A DNA stretch of 64,000 bases from a virus (Duplodnaviria > Caudoviricetes): IMG/VR virus record IMGVR_UViG_2934807906_000003, positions 1,944 through 65,943 of that record. One strand, given 5' to 3'. Position 1 is the first letter of the stretch. The number at the start of each line of letters is the position of its first letter. The position numbers and the translations under genes are program-made. Under the pieces are notes generated by a model. It saw only the letters and a list, made by a program, of their open reading frames with translations, did no database searches and was not told the DNA's origin. Below, piece by piece: positions 55,395 to 64,000 of the stretch.

Positions 55395-56228
55395 CTAGGC
55401 GTACTGGCGCTCGATGTACGGCGGCAGGGAGAGGACGGTGGAGGTCTCGACGTAGGCGGGCCAGTGGCCGGTCTCGCGGCCGTAGAGGTAGTGGCCGACC
55501 GCGAGCTGAGTGAGGTAGCCGCCCACGTGTCGGGCCACGGGGTCGAGCTCCGCGACGGTGACCAGGTACGGCGGCTGCTTCTCCTGGAACAGGAACTTGA
55601 AGGCGGCGCCCTCGGGGAGCAGGCCGAGCTCGACGGCTCCGCGCCGGTAGATGTGCTCCTGGATGTGGTAGCCGAGCTCATGGACGGCCTTGCTGAGGTA
55701 GTCGGGGTGCACGGACCGGGTGGTCTTGTAGTCGCCGATCAGGTCGGAGCGGAGCCAGTCGAACCGGCTGCGCCACCAGAGCGGACCGTCGGGCCAGAAG
55801 ATCGACTGCTCGGCCACGCCGCTGCCGGGGGTGAGGATCTCCGAGGCCTCCGCGTGATTGGCGATCACGTCGGCCATGTCGCAGATCCGCTGGTACGCCT
55901 CCGGCTTCAGCGGGACCCCGCCGGCTTCCCGTATGGCAGCGACACGGGCCTTGATCTCGTTGGTGTCCCATCGGTCCTCGTCGACCACGACCAGCTCGGG
56001 GCCGTCGCCCAGGACCACGGTGTGGGCCGCGGTGCCGAACTCGAACTCGGGCTTGTAGGGTTGCGGGTTGTCGAGCTGGTACTTGAACCGGGCCGGGCAG
56101 TCCACGAGCAACTTGGCGCCGGAGGCGGACAGACTGCCGCCGGGGATCGGATCCTGGTGATACAGCTCGGCGTCGATGTCGTAGAGTCCGGGCTCTACTT
56201 CGGCTGGCTCGTCGGTGGTACCGGTCAC
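55395..56228 (-). CDS. RecE-like PD-(D/E)XK exonuclease (DUF3799)
   Basis: LSASGAK, FGTAAH, EQSIFW, RFDWL, DYKT, GYHIQ, QEK.PPY. Confidence 0.9.
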   Translation of the reverse strand: MTGTTDEPAEVEPGLYDIDAELYHQDPIPGGSLSASGAKLLVDCPARFKYQLDNPQPYKPEFEFGTAAHTVVLGDGPELVVVDEDRWDTNEIKARVAAIREAGGVPLKPEAYQRICDMADVIANHAEASEILTPGSGVAEQSIFWPDGPLWWRSRFDWLRSDLIGDYKTTRSVHPDYLSKAVHELGYHIQEHIYRRGAVELGLLPEGAAFKFLFQEKQPPYLVTVAELDPVARHVGGYLTQLAVGHYLYGRETGHWPAYVETSTVLSLPPYIERQYA

Positions 56229-56833
56229 GCCGCGGCCTCCCTGGTGACGGGAAAGTTCAGCCGGGCGAAGGCGCCCCAGCGGGCAGCGGCCGCGGCGTCA
56301 TAGGCTCGGGCGGCTTCCTCCTCGGAGTCGTAACGCCCCAGGCTCTTGCAGTGCTGGTCGACGGTGATCTTCGCCTGCCACTTACTGCGGGACCGATCCC
56401 AGGTCACGCCCTTGAAGCGGGAGGTGGCCGTCGAACCGTCGGACCGACGCGGCTTCCACGTGTTGGCGCTGTTCTGGCTGCACGTCGCGACGCGCAGGTT
56501 CGAGCGTCGGTTGTCCAGTCCATCGCCGTTGACGTGGTCGGTCTCGAGGCCTGCAGGTGTGCCCGCAATCAGACGGTGCATATAGACGGCACTTCGGCCG
56601 GCCATGGCGTAGGCGTAGAGCTTTCCGTTATGCCCCTTGAGGGGGCGCCACGTGTACTGCGAGACGAGCGGTAGATCCGCCACGTCTATGAGGGCGGAGT
56701 GGCCGCCCTTGACGTCAACTCGCCGGATGCTGCCGTCCTTCGGGTCGACGTGGTCTTCGCAGATCCACAGGTCACCGACGCGAACGAAGGGGCCGTTCTC
56801 GTCGCCGCACTGGGCGCAGGTACGGGGGCTCAT
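56225..56833 (-). CDS. HNH-AP2 endonuclease
   Basis: YMHRLI, DHVNGDGLDNRRSNLR, SRFKGVTW, LGRY..EEEAARAYD, ARLNFP. Confidence 0.9.
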   Translation of the reverse strand: MSPRTCAQCGDENGPFVRVGDLWICEDHVDPKDGSIRRVDVKGGHSALIDVADLPLVSQYTWRPLKGHNGKLYAYAMAGRSAVYMHRLIAGTPAGLETDHVNGDGLDNRRSNLRVATCSQNSANTWKPRRSDGSTATSRFKGVTWDRSRSKWQAKITVDQHCKSLGRYDSEEEAARAYDAAAAARWGAFARLNFPVTREAAA

Positions 56834-57030
56834 GCGGCCACCTCGAAGACCTCGAAGACATCGAAGGCGAGACCGTCCTGCTCGTCTTCCAGCGAGGCCG
56901 CGCTGTGGCAGCGGGTGCACAGCTGGGCGGAGTAGAACTCGTGGAACCCGGCAGGGATCCACTGGAACTCGAAGAGCGGACGGGTCTGCTGGCAGCTCTG
57001 GCAGCGCCCCTCGGTCGGCGTGGCGGCCAT
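56830..57030 (-). CDS. Small Zn-finger protein
   Basis: CQSC...LCTRC. Confidence 0.6.
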   Translation of the reverse strand: MAATPTEGRCQSCQQTRPLFEFQWIPAGFHEFYSAQLCTRCHSAASLEDEQDGLAFDVFEVFEVAA

Positions 57031-57365
57031 CAGCTGGCCACCTTCGGTGCGGTCCGGCTGAAGGAGCAGGGCCCGCAGTCGGGGTGTCCGCAGTCGAGGC
57101 CGAAGGAGTGCTCGACGGCCTGGTTCCATGCGTAGCCGCGGTGGAGGACGACGGCGTACATGACGGGCGCGAACTCGCTGCTGTCGCGGAGCCGGAGTTC
57201 GGCGAACGTGGCGTTCAGCTCGGCGGCCAGTTCCAGGGCCTCGGACAGGGTCTGTTTCGGGTGGACGTCGTCCAGGCCGAGGACCCATACGGCCCATTCC
57301 TGGTCCTCGTAGCCGACGCGCTGGCGGTCGGGTCCGAACAGGTGGATGGTCACTTGGGGCTCCAA
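57030..57365 (-). CDS. Hypothetical protein
   Basis: WAVWVLGLDDVH...ELNA. Confidence 0.6.
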   Translation of the reverse strand: MEPQVTIHLFGPDRQRVGYEDQEWAVWVLGLDDVHPKQTLSEALELAAELNATFAELRLRDSSEFAPVMYAVVLHRGYAWNQAVEHSFGLDCGHPDCGPCSFSRTAPKVAS

Positions 57366-57461
57366 GAGGGTGTGCTGGGCCAGGGCCCTGGCGGTGCAGG
57401 GCCCTGAGGTGGGTTGGTGTCCCGGGGCCGCGGTCCGTTGGATGCGCGGTCCCGGGCGGTT

Positions 57462-57737
57462 CTAGGCGGTCCGGATGCGGGCCGCGCAGAAGCTGGCGCC
57501 GACTCCGCCAGCGAGGTCGAGCCACATGAACTCGCCGCAGGTGGCGTTTCGGTCGGTGCGGAACAGACAGTCAGCGAGTTCCGGACGGCCGAGGTCGGTG
57601 AGGACCGGTGCCAGGTATGGAATGGCGTGCTCTTCGACCCGGCGGGCAAGCTCGTGCCGGTCGTCCGCATTTACGGTCAGCGGCGGTACGGGGTACGTGT
57701 CGCCGAGCTTCCCGAACTCGAGCTGGTAGGTAGTCAT
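57462..57737 (-). CDS. Hypothetical protein
   Basis: MTTYQLEFGKLG..PVPPLTV; ATGA-coupled. Confidence 0.65.
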   Translation of the reverse strand: MTTYQLEFGKLGDTYPVPPLTVNADDRHELARRVEEHAIPYLAPVLTDLGRPELADCLFRTDRNATCGEFMWLDLAGGVGASFCAARIRTA

Positions 57738-58051
57738 CGGAGGTACCCCCATCGGTCGGCTTCGTGGAGTGTGATCACTCGGATCGGCTGGGTGTCGGTG
57801 GTGGATGGGTCGCGGGTGAGGGAGGAGACGGCCTGCTGGTTCTGTCGCGTGGCCTCGGCCGCCCGGGACAGCTCGTCCCGCAAGCGGTTGACCTTCGCGT
57901 TGGCGTTGTCCCACCCGGCGGTGGCGATGGTCAGGCGGTACTGCAGGTCCGCGGCCAGGGCTCGGGCTTTCTCCAGCTGGTGTTCCAGGGTGGCCACGCG
58001 GTCGACGGCACGGTGCTGGCCACGCGGCCGGCCTATGTGGAGGAGGCTCAC
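57734..58051 (-). CDS. Coiled-coil hypothetical protein
   Basis: GQHRA.D, TDTQPI.V. Confidence 0.65.
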   Translation of the reverse strand: MSLLHIGRPRGQHRAVDRVATLEHQLEKARALAADLQYRLTIATAGWDNANAKVNRLRDELSRAAEATRQNQQAVSSLTRDPSTTDTQPIRVITLHEADRWGYLR

Positions 58052-58422
58052 CGTGGGACCGCCCGCTCGTCGAAGCTCAGGCTGTCGAGGAGCCCGTTCA
58101 GCTGCCGGGTCCGCTCGGTCAGCTGCTCATCGCGGTCCCGCGTCTGCCCCTCGGCGATCCGCAGCTTGGCGTCGAGGTCGGCGACAAGCCCCAGCAGGAA
58201 CGCGACGTCGTCGTGGGCGCGGCCGATGAACATCGCGTCGTTGAACGCCTGCGCCCTGTCGTCGCCGTCGGGGATGCCGCCGATCTGCCGGCCGGACGAG
58301 TCGTCGAGGACACGCATGTCGGCGGCCAGGTGGTAGATGGCGCCGTCGTAGTAGGTGCCCCACGTCCCCTTGGTGGCGGCCTGGAGTCGGCCGGTGATCT
58401 CGGCGAGTCGGTCAGTGGCCAT
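58048..58422 (-). CDS. Ead/Ea22-like protein
   Basis: RLAEI..R..AAT.G.W...DA.FI..A..DV..LL. Confidence 0.65.
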   Translation of the reverse strand: MATDRLAEITGRLQAATKGTWGTYYDGAIYHLAADMRVLDDSSGRQIGGIPDGDDRAQAFNDAMFIGRAHDDVAFLLGLVADLDAKLRIAEGQTRDRDEQLTERTRQLNGLLDSLSFDERAVPR

Positions 58423-58515
58423 CGTGGCTCCCTCGGTAGTTGCGGCGGCCCCACCACATGGCGGTGGCGAATACGGCGCCCGCGGGGGCATCCAGGACAG
58501 CGATCCGGCGGAAGG

Positions 58516-58812
58516 TCACGGCCGGCCTCCGATGCGGGCGGCGAACGCGGTGTCGGTCTCGACGAGGCCGGCAGCCACGGACTCCGCGAAGGGGTTTGCC
58601 CGCGGCACCGTCTTCCGCCGGATCGGGATCAGCGGACCGTGGTGGTGGTAGACGTCCGGCAGCGGCAGAGCCATCAGGCTCGGGACGTCCGAGCGGAGCA
58701 TCGGCTCCGCGGCCGGCGACCACTCGCCCGTCCACGACCAGACCACGCCGAGCACGTCGGCGAAGTCACCGTCGAGGTCGAACTCGATGCCGTCGTGCAC
58801 GTAGGCGGTCAT
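58516..58812 (-). CDS. Conserved Streptomyces phage protein (phiSA1p31-like)
   Basis: FDLD..D..G..W.WTG..EPM..LPDVY..HGPLIP. Confidence 0.65.
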   Translation of the reverse strand: MTAYVHDGIEFDLDGDFADVLGVVWSWTGEWSPAAEPMLRSDVPSLMALPLPDVYHHHGPLIPIRRKTVPRANPFAESVAAGLVETDTAFAARIGGRP

Positions 58813-59024
58813 GCCACACGCTCCAGCTGTACGGGCTGCTCCATGCTCTGGGCGTGGTCGAGCAGGGCGGCGGCCATGACGCGGAGGGCTTCCGGGCTGG
58901 ACCCGTCCGTGTGGAGCGTGACGGGGCCGAGACGCAGCCACGAGTACTGGCCCGCCCGTTCGGCCTGGATCTCGGTGGGGTCGTCCGTCAGGTGCACCGC
59001 GAGGGTGCCGACAGTCGTGCTCAC
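58809..59024 (-). CDS. Hypothetical protein
   Basis: GGAGG RBS; coupled. Confidence 0.6.
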   Translation of the reverse strand: MSTTVGTLAVHLTDDPTEIQAERAGQYSWLRLGPVTLHTDGSSPEALRVMAAALLDHAQSMEQPVQLERVA

Positions 59025-59239
59025 GACTGGCCTCCGTCGATGAGTCGGGCGGACACGCCCTTGCGCAGGTCGGGAAAGGGGCGGGTGGCAGCGCCGGGGT
59101 CGGCGTCGTGCAGCAGGTGCCCGTACTCGCCGAGCAGGCCACGACGGATCCGGGCCTCCTGCTGGGCCGCCTCACGCTTCAGGCGGAGGAACTGCAGGTC
59201 GGCGTCCAGGCGGGCAATGTCGGACGTCGGCGCGGTCAT
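59021..59239 (-). CDS. Hypothetical protein
   Basis: GGAGG RBS; coupled. Confidence 0.6.
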   Translation of the reverse strand: MTAPTSDIARLDADLQFLRLKREAAQQEARIRRGLLGEYGHLLHDADPGAATRPFPDLRKGVSARLIDGGQS

Positions 59240-59469
59240 CGGGCACCTCCGTTCAGGAGGCGGTACAGGGCGGACACGGCGTCGAACACGCCCTCGTTGT
59301 ACGGACTGCGCGCCGCCGTAGCGTCCTGCGTCTCGTACTCGGCGTTCGCGGCGGCGATGGCCTCGGCCAGCACCTCGGCGCGGTAGGCGTCGAGCAGCTG
59401 CGCAGCGCCTTCCTCGGCCACCATGTCCTGGCTGACGGCCAGGCGGAACAGCTTGTCGCGGGCGCTCAT
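59236..59469 (-). CDS. Hypothetical protein
   Basis: MSARDKL..LLDAYRAEVLAEA. Confidence 0.65.
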   Translation of the reverse strand: MSARDKLFRLAVSQDMVAEEGAAQLLDAYRAEVLAEAIAAANAEYETQDATAARSPYNEGVFDAVSALYRLLNGGAR

Positions 59470-59675
59470 CGGACGACCTCCGTCGGCTGCGGGTACGTCG
59501 CCAGCACCTTCGCCGCGGCGTGCATCGTCGAGATCGACCGCTCACGGGCCTCGACCGACTCCGGCAGCAGGTACATCCAGCGGGCCTTCCGCAGCTCCGT
59601 GGCCGCGGCCTGGATCCGCTCGGGGTAGTGGGACTCGATCAGGTCCACGACCGGATCGGGCATGATGTTGGACAT
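59466..59675 (-). CDS. Hypothetical protein
   Basis: GAGGA RBS; coupled. Confidence 0.6.
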   Translation of the reverse strand: MSNIMPDPVVDLIESHYPERIQAAATELRKARWMYLLPESVEARERSISTMHAAAKVLATYPQPTEVVR

Positions 59676-59785
59676 CGGGGTTCCTCTTCTCTCCGCAATT
59701 GCGTGCGGGGGAGGCTGGGACTTCGGGAGGCCCTGGCCGGCCGGGGACCTGGCAGTAACCGGTGCGGTCGGGGCCGCATAGCCGA

Positions 59786-60082
59786 CTAGGCGGCGATGGG
59801 GACGATCTGGGTGCGGGCGTTCTCCATCCGGATGTCCTCCGGGGTGAACGTGATCCGCCCGTTGTCCTGGTGGTGGTAGACCTTGCGCTTGTAGCAGGCC
59901 TCCTTCAGGAGACGGACGCTGCGGTAGGGCAGCAGCTGCTTCTCGATGACCTCCTCCACCTCCCAGCGGACGAGGTCCAACTCCTCTTCGGCCTTGCGCT
60001 TCTCCGCGCGCCGAGCGGCTGCGGCGTAGGCCCGAGCCTTGGGGCCCTTGAGCGTGGGCGCCTTGGGGGCGTCGACGGTCAC
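59786..60082 (-). CDS. Excisionase/Cox-like winged-helix protein
   Basis: W..EEVIEK.LLPYRSVR.LK..CY.R...GRITFTPEDI; second gene of the early operon. Confidence 0.6.
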   Translation of the reverse strand: MTVDAPKAPTLKGPKARAYAAAARRAEKRKAEEELDLVRWEVEEVIEKQLLPYRSVRLLKEACYKRKVYHHQDNGRITFTPEDIRMENARTQIVPIAA

Positions 60083-60294
60083 GTCTTCTCCTCGTGGGTT
60101 ATGGCCTGCAGGGCCACGTGTAGGGCGATGGCGACCTTCCGGACCTGCTCGTCGTCCGACTCGTGGATGTGCCCCCTCTCCAGCCGGGAGAGGTAGCCCC
60201 TGTTCAAGCCGGTCATTTCTTGGAGCATCCGCAGCCCGATGTTCTTGGCTCTGCGGATCTCCCGGATTGCTTGCCCGTTCGGCCTCACAACCAA
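60079..60294 (-). CDS. Cro-like XRE regulator
   Basis: PNGQAIREIR..GLR.L..TGLNRGYLSRLERG; divergent from the repressor. Confidence 0.85.
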   Translation of the reverse strand: MVVRPNGQAIREIRRAKNIGLRMLQEMTGLNRGYLSRLERGHIHESDDEQVRKVAIALHVALQAITHEEKT

Positions 60295-60480
60295 AATCTA
60301 GTCGCAGTCTGACTACGAACGCAAGCAGTTCGCCTACGTGGATTGACTAATTTCTGGTTGCGGCACCGCATGCCAGGGCGCACAGGTATGCGCCGGTCGC
60401 GTGCGCCGTGCAACCTTCTTGGCGCGGATTGACTACCAAAGCGCTGGTCAAAGGCTGAGAAGTATGCTTCTTGGTTGCAG
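60288..60480. promoter_or_regulatory. Lysis-lysogeny switch region with repeated operators
   Basis: GGATTGACTA at 60340 and 60426; inverted CAACCA..TAGTC pair; GCAG-N5-CTACG at 60304 and 60325. Confidence 0.65.
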
Positions 60481-60504
60481 AGACCTAGGGCATGATGAGG
60501 AGCC

Positions 60505-61008
60505 ATGGACAGGGACTGGGTACGACTCGGTGAGGCACTCAAGGCCGCACGCCTGGCGCTCCGGCCCAAGCCGACGCAAGAGGATGTCGCACAGAGCCTC
60601 GGCGTCAGCCGCGCCACTGTGCAGAACATCGAGCAGGGCAAGCCGCTCACGCGGGTCAACGCGACTATCCGCGCCTACGCGCAGCTGGTCGGCTGGACCT
60701 CAGACTCACCGGAGCAGGTGCTTGCCGGTGGGGCCCCGGTCAAGGCGGGTGTGGCGCCCGCCGAGCCGGCAGGGCGGCCTGAAGCTGAAGGCCTGCCTCT
60801 GACGGTGCAGGAGGAACTCGAACGAGAGGGTGCCGTCGTGGATACTGCCGTCGTTCAGCTCCCCGATGGGACGAGCGTGACCGTCATTGTGAAGGGCGCA
60901 TCGAAGACGCCGACGCCCGAGGAGCGGCAGCGCAACCTGGAAGCTTGGCGCCGCGTGCAGCCGATGCTGCGCGAGCTGAGCTACCCGACCGACCGCGACA
61001 GCGCGTAG
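60505..61008 (+). CDS. Immunity repressor (XRE HTH)
   Basis: DWVRLGEALKAAR..TQEDVAQSLGVSRATVQNIEQG..GW..DS. Confidence 0.85.
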   Translation: MDRDWVRLGEALKAARLALRPKPTQEDVAQSLGVSRATVQNIEQGKPLTRVNATIRAYAQLVGWTSDSPEQVLAGGAPVKAGVAPAEPAGRPEAEGLPLTVQEELEREGAVVDTAVVQLPDGTSVTVIVKGASKTPTPEERQRNLEAWRRVQPMLRELSYPTDRDSA

Positions 61009-61118
61009 GCGCATCTGATCATTTCTGTCACTCCGAACCCTCCACATATCACTCACATGTGTGGTTGCATGACAGAACGCTGATGGTGGGGCCCCAATCG
61101 TGAACGGGCGGGGTGCCA

Positions 61119-61328
61119 ATGTGTGTTCATGTTCTGTGCGGTAGTGCTCTTCCCGACAACTCAGTCGTGTGGGTCGACTCGACTGGTGAGCACAACCTCG
61201 TGTATGTCGACCCCAGCCTGTGCGGCGCCGATGGCCAGCTGACTGAAGCCGGCCGCGCCTGCATCAACGAGCACCTGGCCCAGGCGCCTGGCATGCCGTC
61301 ACTCGAATCGGCCGTCTCCTGCTCCTAG
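61119..61328 (+). CDS. Small hypothetical protein between repressor and integrase
   Basis: Short ORF; no HEXXH motif. Confidence 0.55.
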   Translation: MCVHVLCGSALPDNSVVWVDSTGEHNLVYVDPSLCGADGQLTEAGRACINEHLAQAPGMPSLESAVSCS

Positions 61329-61385
61329 GCCGTCCTGCAGCCTCGGGCTGGATCACCATGGGCCTGACCAAGGAAGGGAGCTGCC

Positions 61386-62726
61386 ATGGCCTGGGCCGAG
61401 AAGGTCTACAAGGTACGGAACGGCAAGCAGACGACGAAGTTCACGTGGCGGGCGCGCTGGACGAAGCCCGACGGGAAGCCGGGCAGTTGGCCCGGCTTCC
61501 CGACGAAGAAGACGGCCGAGGAGTACGGGGAGAAGCAGGAGGCGGCCATCAGGGCCGGCCGGTACATCGACCCGGCGCTGCAGCAGACGAAGTTCGGGGT
61601 GTTCGCTCGGCGGTGGATGAAGGCGAAGCCGAAGCGGGGTGCGACAGTGGCCAAGCGGTGGAACCTGCTGGAGCAGCACATCTTCCCCAAGTGGGAGCAC
61701 ATCCCCCTGATCGACATCACCTGGTTCGACGTGGACGACTGGCAGCTTGCGTTGCCTTGCCAGTCTGTCACCGCCGGCCATGCCGTCAGCCTCATGTCGT
61801 CGATCATGACTGGGGCGGTTGACGCCAGACACCTTGAGGTGAACCCCCTCTTCGGTCGGCGCCGGACGCTGCCCACCGGATCGACGACGGCGAAGCCGAA
61901 GAAGTCGGACGAGGAGAAGTGGGCCCCGCCCGAGGTCGTCCTCCAGATGGCGCGTCGCCTCGGGCCGGCTGTCGGCCTGCATGTGCTGACTACCGCGTTC
62001 ACGGGGCTTGGCTGGGGCGAGAGTGCCGCGCTGCACCGCGACAATGTTCTGCGTACTCGGCGTCAGGCGCACGACGGAGGATGGTTCGAGTGCCCGATCA
62101 TCCGAGTTGACGAGGAGGTCGGGGAACTGGCCGAGTACGAGGGCCGCGACGAGGACGGCAAGAAGACCGGGCTCGTCTTGCGCCTGGAAGCCCCGAAGAA
62201 CGGTAACCGCGCTCGAGACATCGACATCCCGCCGTTCCTGGCGACGCTGCTGGAGCAGCACATGAAGGTCTGGCCGCACCCGTACATCTTCTGCACCCCG
62301 TCGGGCGTGTTCTGGCGCCGCAGCAACTTCACGCGGGCCCAGATCCGGCCGGCTGCGGATGGGCGGAAGGCGCTCGAGGTGACACGGGGGAGGGCCGAGC
62401 GGGAGGCCTGGGAGCCCATCATGCCGGGCTTGACCATGCGGGACCTGCGGCATACCCACGACACGTACCAGGATCAGCTCGGGGTGAAGGCGTCTCTCGC
62501 CTACGACCAGGCGGGGCACCTGCGGCCGGGGATCAAGCGGATCTACCAGCACCCGACGCCGGACATGCGGCTGGAACGGCTGAAGGGCCTGCAGGGTATC
62601 TACGCGCGCGCTATGGGTAACCTGAAGTGGACGGAGATCTGGCCCGAGGCTCCGAAGCTAGGAGCGGGGAAGCGGCCCCTAAATTCCCCCCAAACGATCT
62701 TCGAAGAGGGGGAGGCGGCGGCTTAG
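61386..62726 (+). CDS. int: Tyrosine integrase (non-canonical box I/II residues)
   Basis: WRARW..GFPTK arm-binding domain, TGLGWGE, PK, RDLRHTH, AGH, IYQH; adjacent to att. Confidence 0.92.
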   Translation: MAWAEKVYKVRNGKQTTKFTWRARWTKPDGKPGSWPGFPTKKTAEEYGEKQEAAIRAGRYIDPALQQTKFGVFARRWMKAKPKRGATVAKRWNLLEQHIFPKWEHIPLIDITWFDVDDWQLALPCQSVTAGHAVSLMSSIMTGAVDARHLEVNPLFGRRRTLPTGSTTAKPKKSDEEKWAPPEVVLQMARRLGPAVGLHVLTTAFTGLGWGESAALHRDNVLRTRRQAHDGGWFECPIIRVDEEVGELAEYEGRDEDGKKTGLVLRLEAPKNGNRARDIDIPPFLATLLEQHMKVWPHPYIFCTPSGVFWRRSNFTRAQIRPAADGRKALEVTRGRAEREAWEPIMPGLTMRDLRHTHDTYQDQLGVKASLAYDQAGHLRPGIKRIYQHPTPDMRLERLKGLQGIYARAMGNLKWTEIWPEAPKLGAGKRPLNSPQTIFEEGEAAA

Positions 62727-62774
62727 CCGCAGGTCGCAAGATCCGTGAGGCTCCAGAACGCCGGGATTAATCCG

Positions 62775-62821
62775 GCTCTTACAAAGCAGATGTCGGCGGT
62801 TCGAAACCGTCCGCGCCCACC
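62775..62821 (+). repeat. att core, right copy (displaced tRNA 3' half, followed by the A completing CCA)
   Basis: Identical to 540-586. Confidence 0.97.
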
Positions 62822-62827
62822 AGTGCA

Positions 62828-62860
62828 AAGGCCCCCCCGCCGATCTTGGCGGGGGGCCTT
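62828..62860 (+). terminator. Original host tRNA terminator
   Basis: AAGGCCCCCCCGCC-GATCTT-GGCGGGGGGCCTT. Confidence 0.7.
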
Positions 62861-62984
62861 CGGCATCTCCATCCGACATCAACGGGCACAGCCGGTCGGA
62901 CTCCTGCCGGATGGGCGCTCGTACCTCACGGGTAACGTGCCAGGACGCCGATGCGGGCCGTCTCGCGGGTCAGGGGGACCAGGA

Positions 62985-63446
62985 GTGACTCGACACGTCA
63001 GTTTGACCCGTCTGCCCGTGAACTTTGCGCGGCCTGTCGGGCTGGTCACCTACATCATCGGACACAGCCAGCTGTTGCTCAGAGGGCATCAGGACGACGA
63101 GCAGGGCCTCTCCACAACACTGGAAATCCTCTTCAAGAACGTCAGCGCCCTGTCCGTCCGGGCGCACTACCCCTCGTTGACCATCCGCCATGCGTCCGGC
63201 GAGGAAGAGACGGAACTGCGCGAAGCGGTTCCAGGTCCTTGGTACGACGCGCAGGCCTTCGTCCTCGGTGAGCGCTTGCTGGGCGGGTTCGTGGTCGCCG
63301 GCGCCGTGTACTGGGGCGAGTCCTCCGCTCAGGAGACGTACAGCAGCTTCCTCGTTCCCGAGTACGAACTGCCCCGGCTCGATCTGGGCCCGTCACATCC
63401 ATCTGAACGCCGGACGATCCATACGCCCTACCGGCAACGCCGGTAG
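62985..63446 (+). CDS. Host hypothetical protein
   Basis: Coding-like part of ORF 62745..63446 (GHSQLLLRG, EILFKNV). Confidence 0.55.
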   Translation: MTRHVSLTRLPVNFARPVGLVTYIIGHSQLLLRGHQDDEQGLSTTLEILFKNVSALSVRAHYPSLTIRHASGEEETELREAVPGPWYDAQAFVLGERLLGGFVVAGAVYWGESSAQETYSSFLVPEYELPRLDLGPSHPSERRTIHTPYRQRR

Positions 63447-63581
63447 GGGACGTGCCGCCGCGGATCCGTCCGGCGCCTGCATGGTGGGGGGGGCGTGGGG
63501 AGCGGCGGACCTCACCGATCCGCTCGTCGACTGCGGGAGGCTTGCATCAGTGGCCGCCCGCGGGCGGCGGACAATGGCGGC

Positions 63582-64000
63582 ATGACGCTCACGATTTGGG
63601 TCGACGACTGGCAGATGCGGTGCTGCGGGAAGGCGTCGCGCCGGGGGACGTCGTTTCGTGGGCGCTGCTGGAGGTCGATCCGGAGGACTACGCCGCCCTC
63701 GTCGGTGGCGAACGTGCGGCCGCGATCGACTTCCGCGAGGAGCACCACGGCCAGGGGGAGGGGCGCGTACCCACCTCGGTGAGGGTGGTGTCGATCGTCG
63801 AGGTGCACTGCCGTTTCGGGGTGCTCCCGGGTGCGACGGACAAGGTGAACCTGCCGGTTCCGGGCACCACCGTGATGGTTTCGGTCGAGAAGGCGGACGG
63901 GTGGGCGAAGGCCCGGCCGGACGTGAGCTTCGCGGGCTACCTGGTGACCGCTGGGCGTGTCACCGACCTGCCGGAAGGCGGGGCTGCTCGCGGTCGATGA
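63582..64000 (+). pseudogene. DUF6578-like gene with an apparent frameshift
   Basis: MTLTIWVDDWQMRCCG in one frame continues as APGDVVSWALL..EEHH..GYLV in another, near 63635. Confidence 0.65.

Larger units (their letters stand above)
540..62821. mobile_element. Integrated temperate prophage (siphovirus-like) carrying a TraB-type conjugation module
   Basis: 47-bp direct repeats at both ends, adjacent integrase, and complete switch, replication, packaging, head, tail and lysis modules. Confidence 0.96.

Noticed and set aside
61119-61328. ImmA/IrrE anti-repressor metalloprotease
   Set aside because: Position fits, but it is too short and lacks HEXXH
62775-62822. Second tRNA-Val gene
   Set aside because: Only the 3' 47 nt are present, with no acceptor 5' strand or D-arm; this is the att duplication

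Overview
High-GC actinobacterial (Streptomyces-like) DNA almost entirely occupied by an apparently complete ~62.2-kb siphovirus-type prophage. It is integrated in a tRNA-Val(TAC) gene and bounded by 47-bp att direct repeats at 540-586 and 62775-62821. From right to left it contains: tyrosine integrase; repressor/cro switch; an early operon (RecE-like nuclease, Sak4-like ATPase, C5 methyltransferase, replication initiator with internal iterons, DnaC-like loader, two PAPS-reductase-like enzymes, HIT protein); a ~8.5-kb Streptomyces conjugation module (GntR/Kor regulator, spread-like membrane genes, FtsK/SpoIIIE-family TraB and an 11-bp-periodic clt-like repeat); a late glycosyltransferase/methyltransferase/epimerase cluster with a large fibre/spike gene; HNH, terminase, head, tail and lysis genes; and an accessory left arm with a second, Cre-like recombinase. 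The most notable observation is a virion-encoding temperate phage that also carries a TraB/clt hyphal-conjugation system. Other highlights are a likely virion-glycosylation system, a shared 21-bp-periodic motif linking the att arm to the genetic switch, an integrase with non-canonical catalytic residues, and an unannotated 10-Cys peptide. All family assignments come from motif recognition by eye; no database searches were run.
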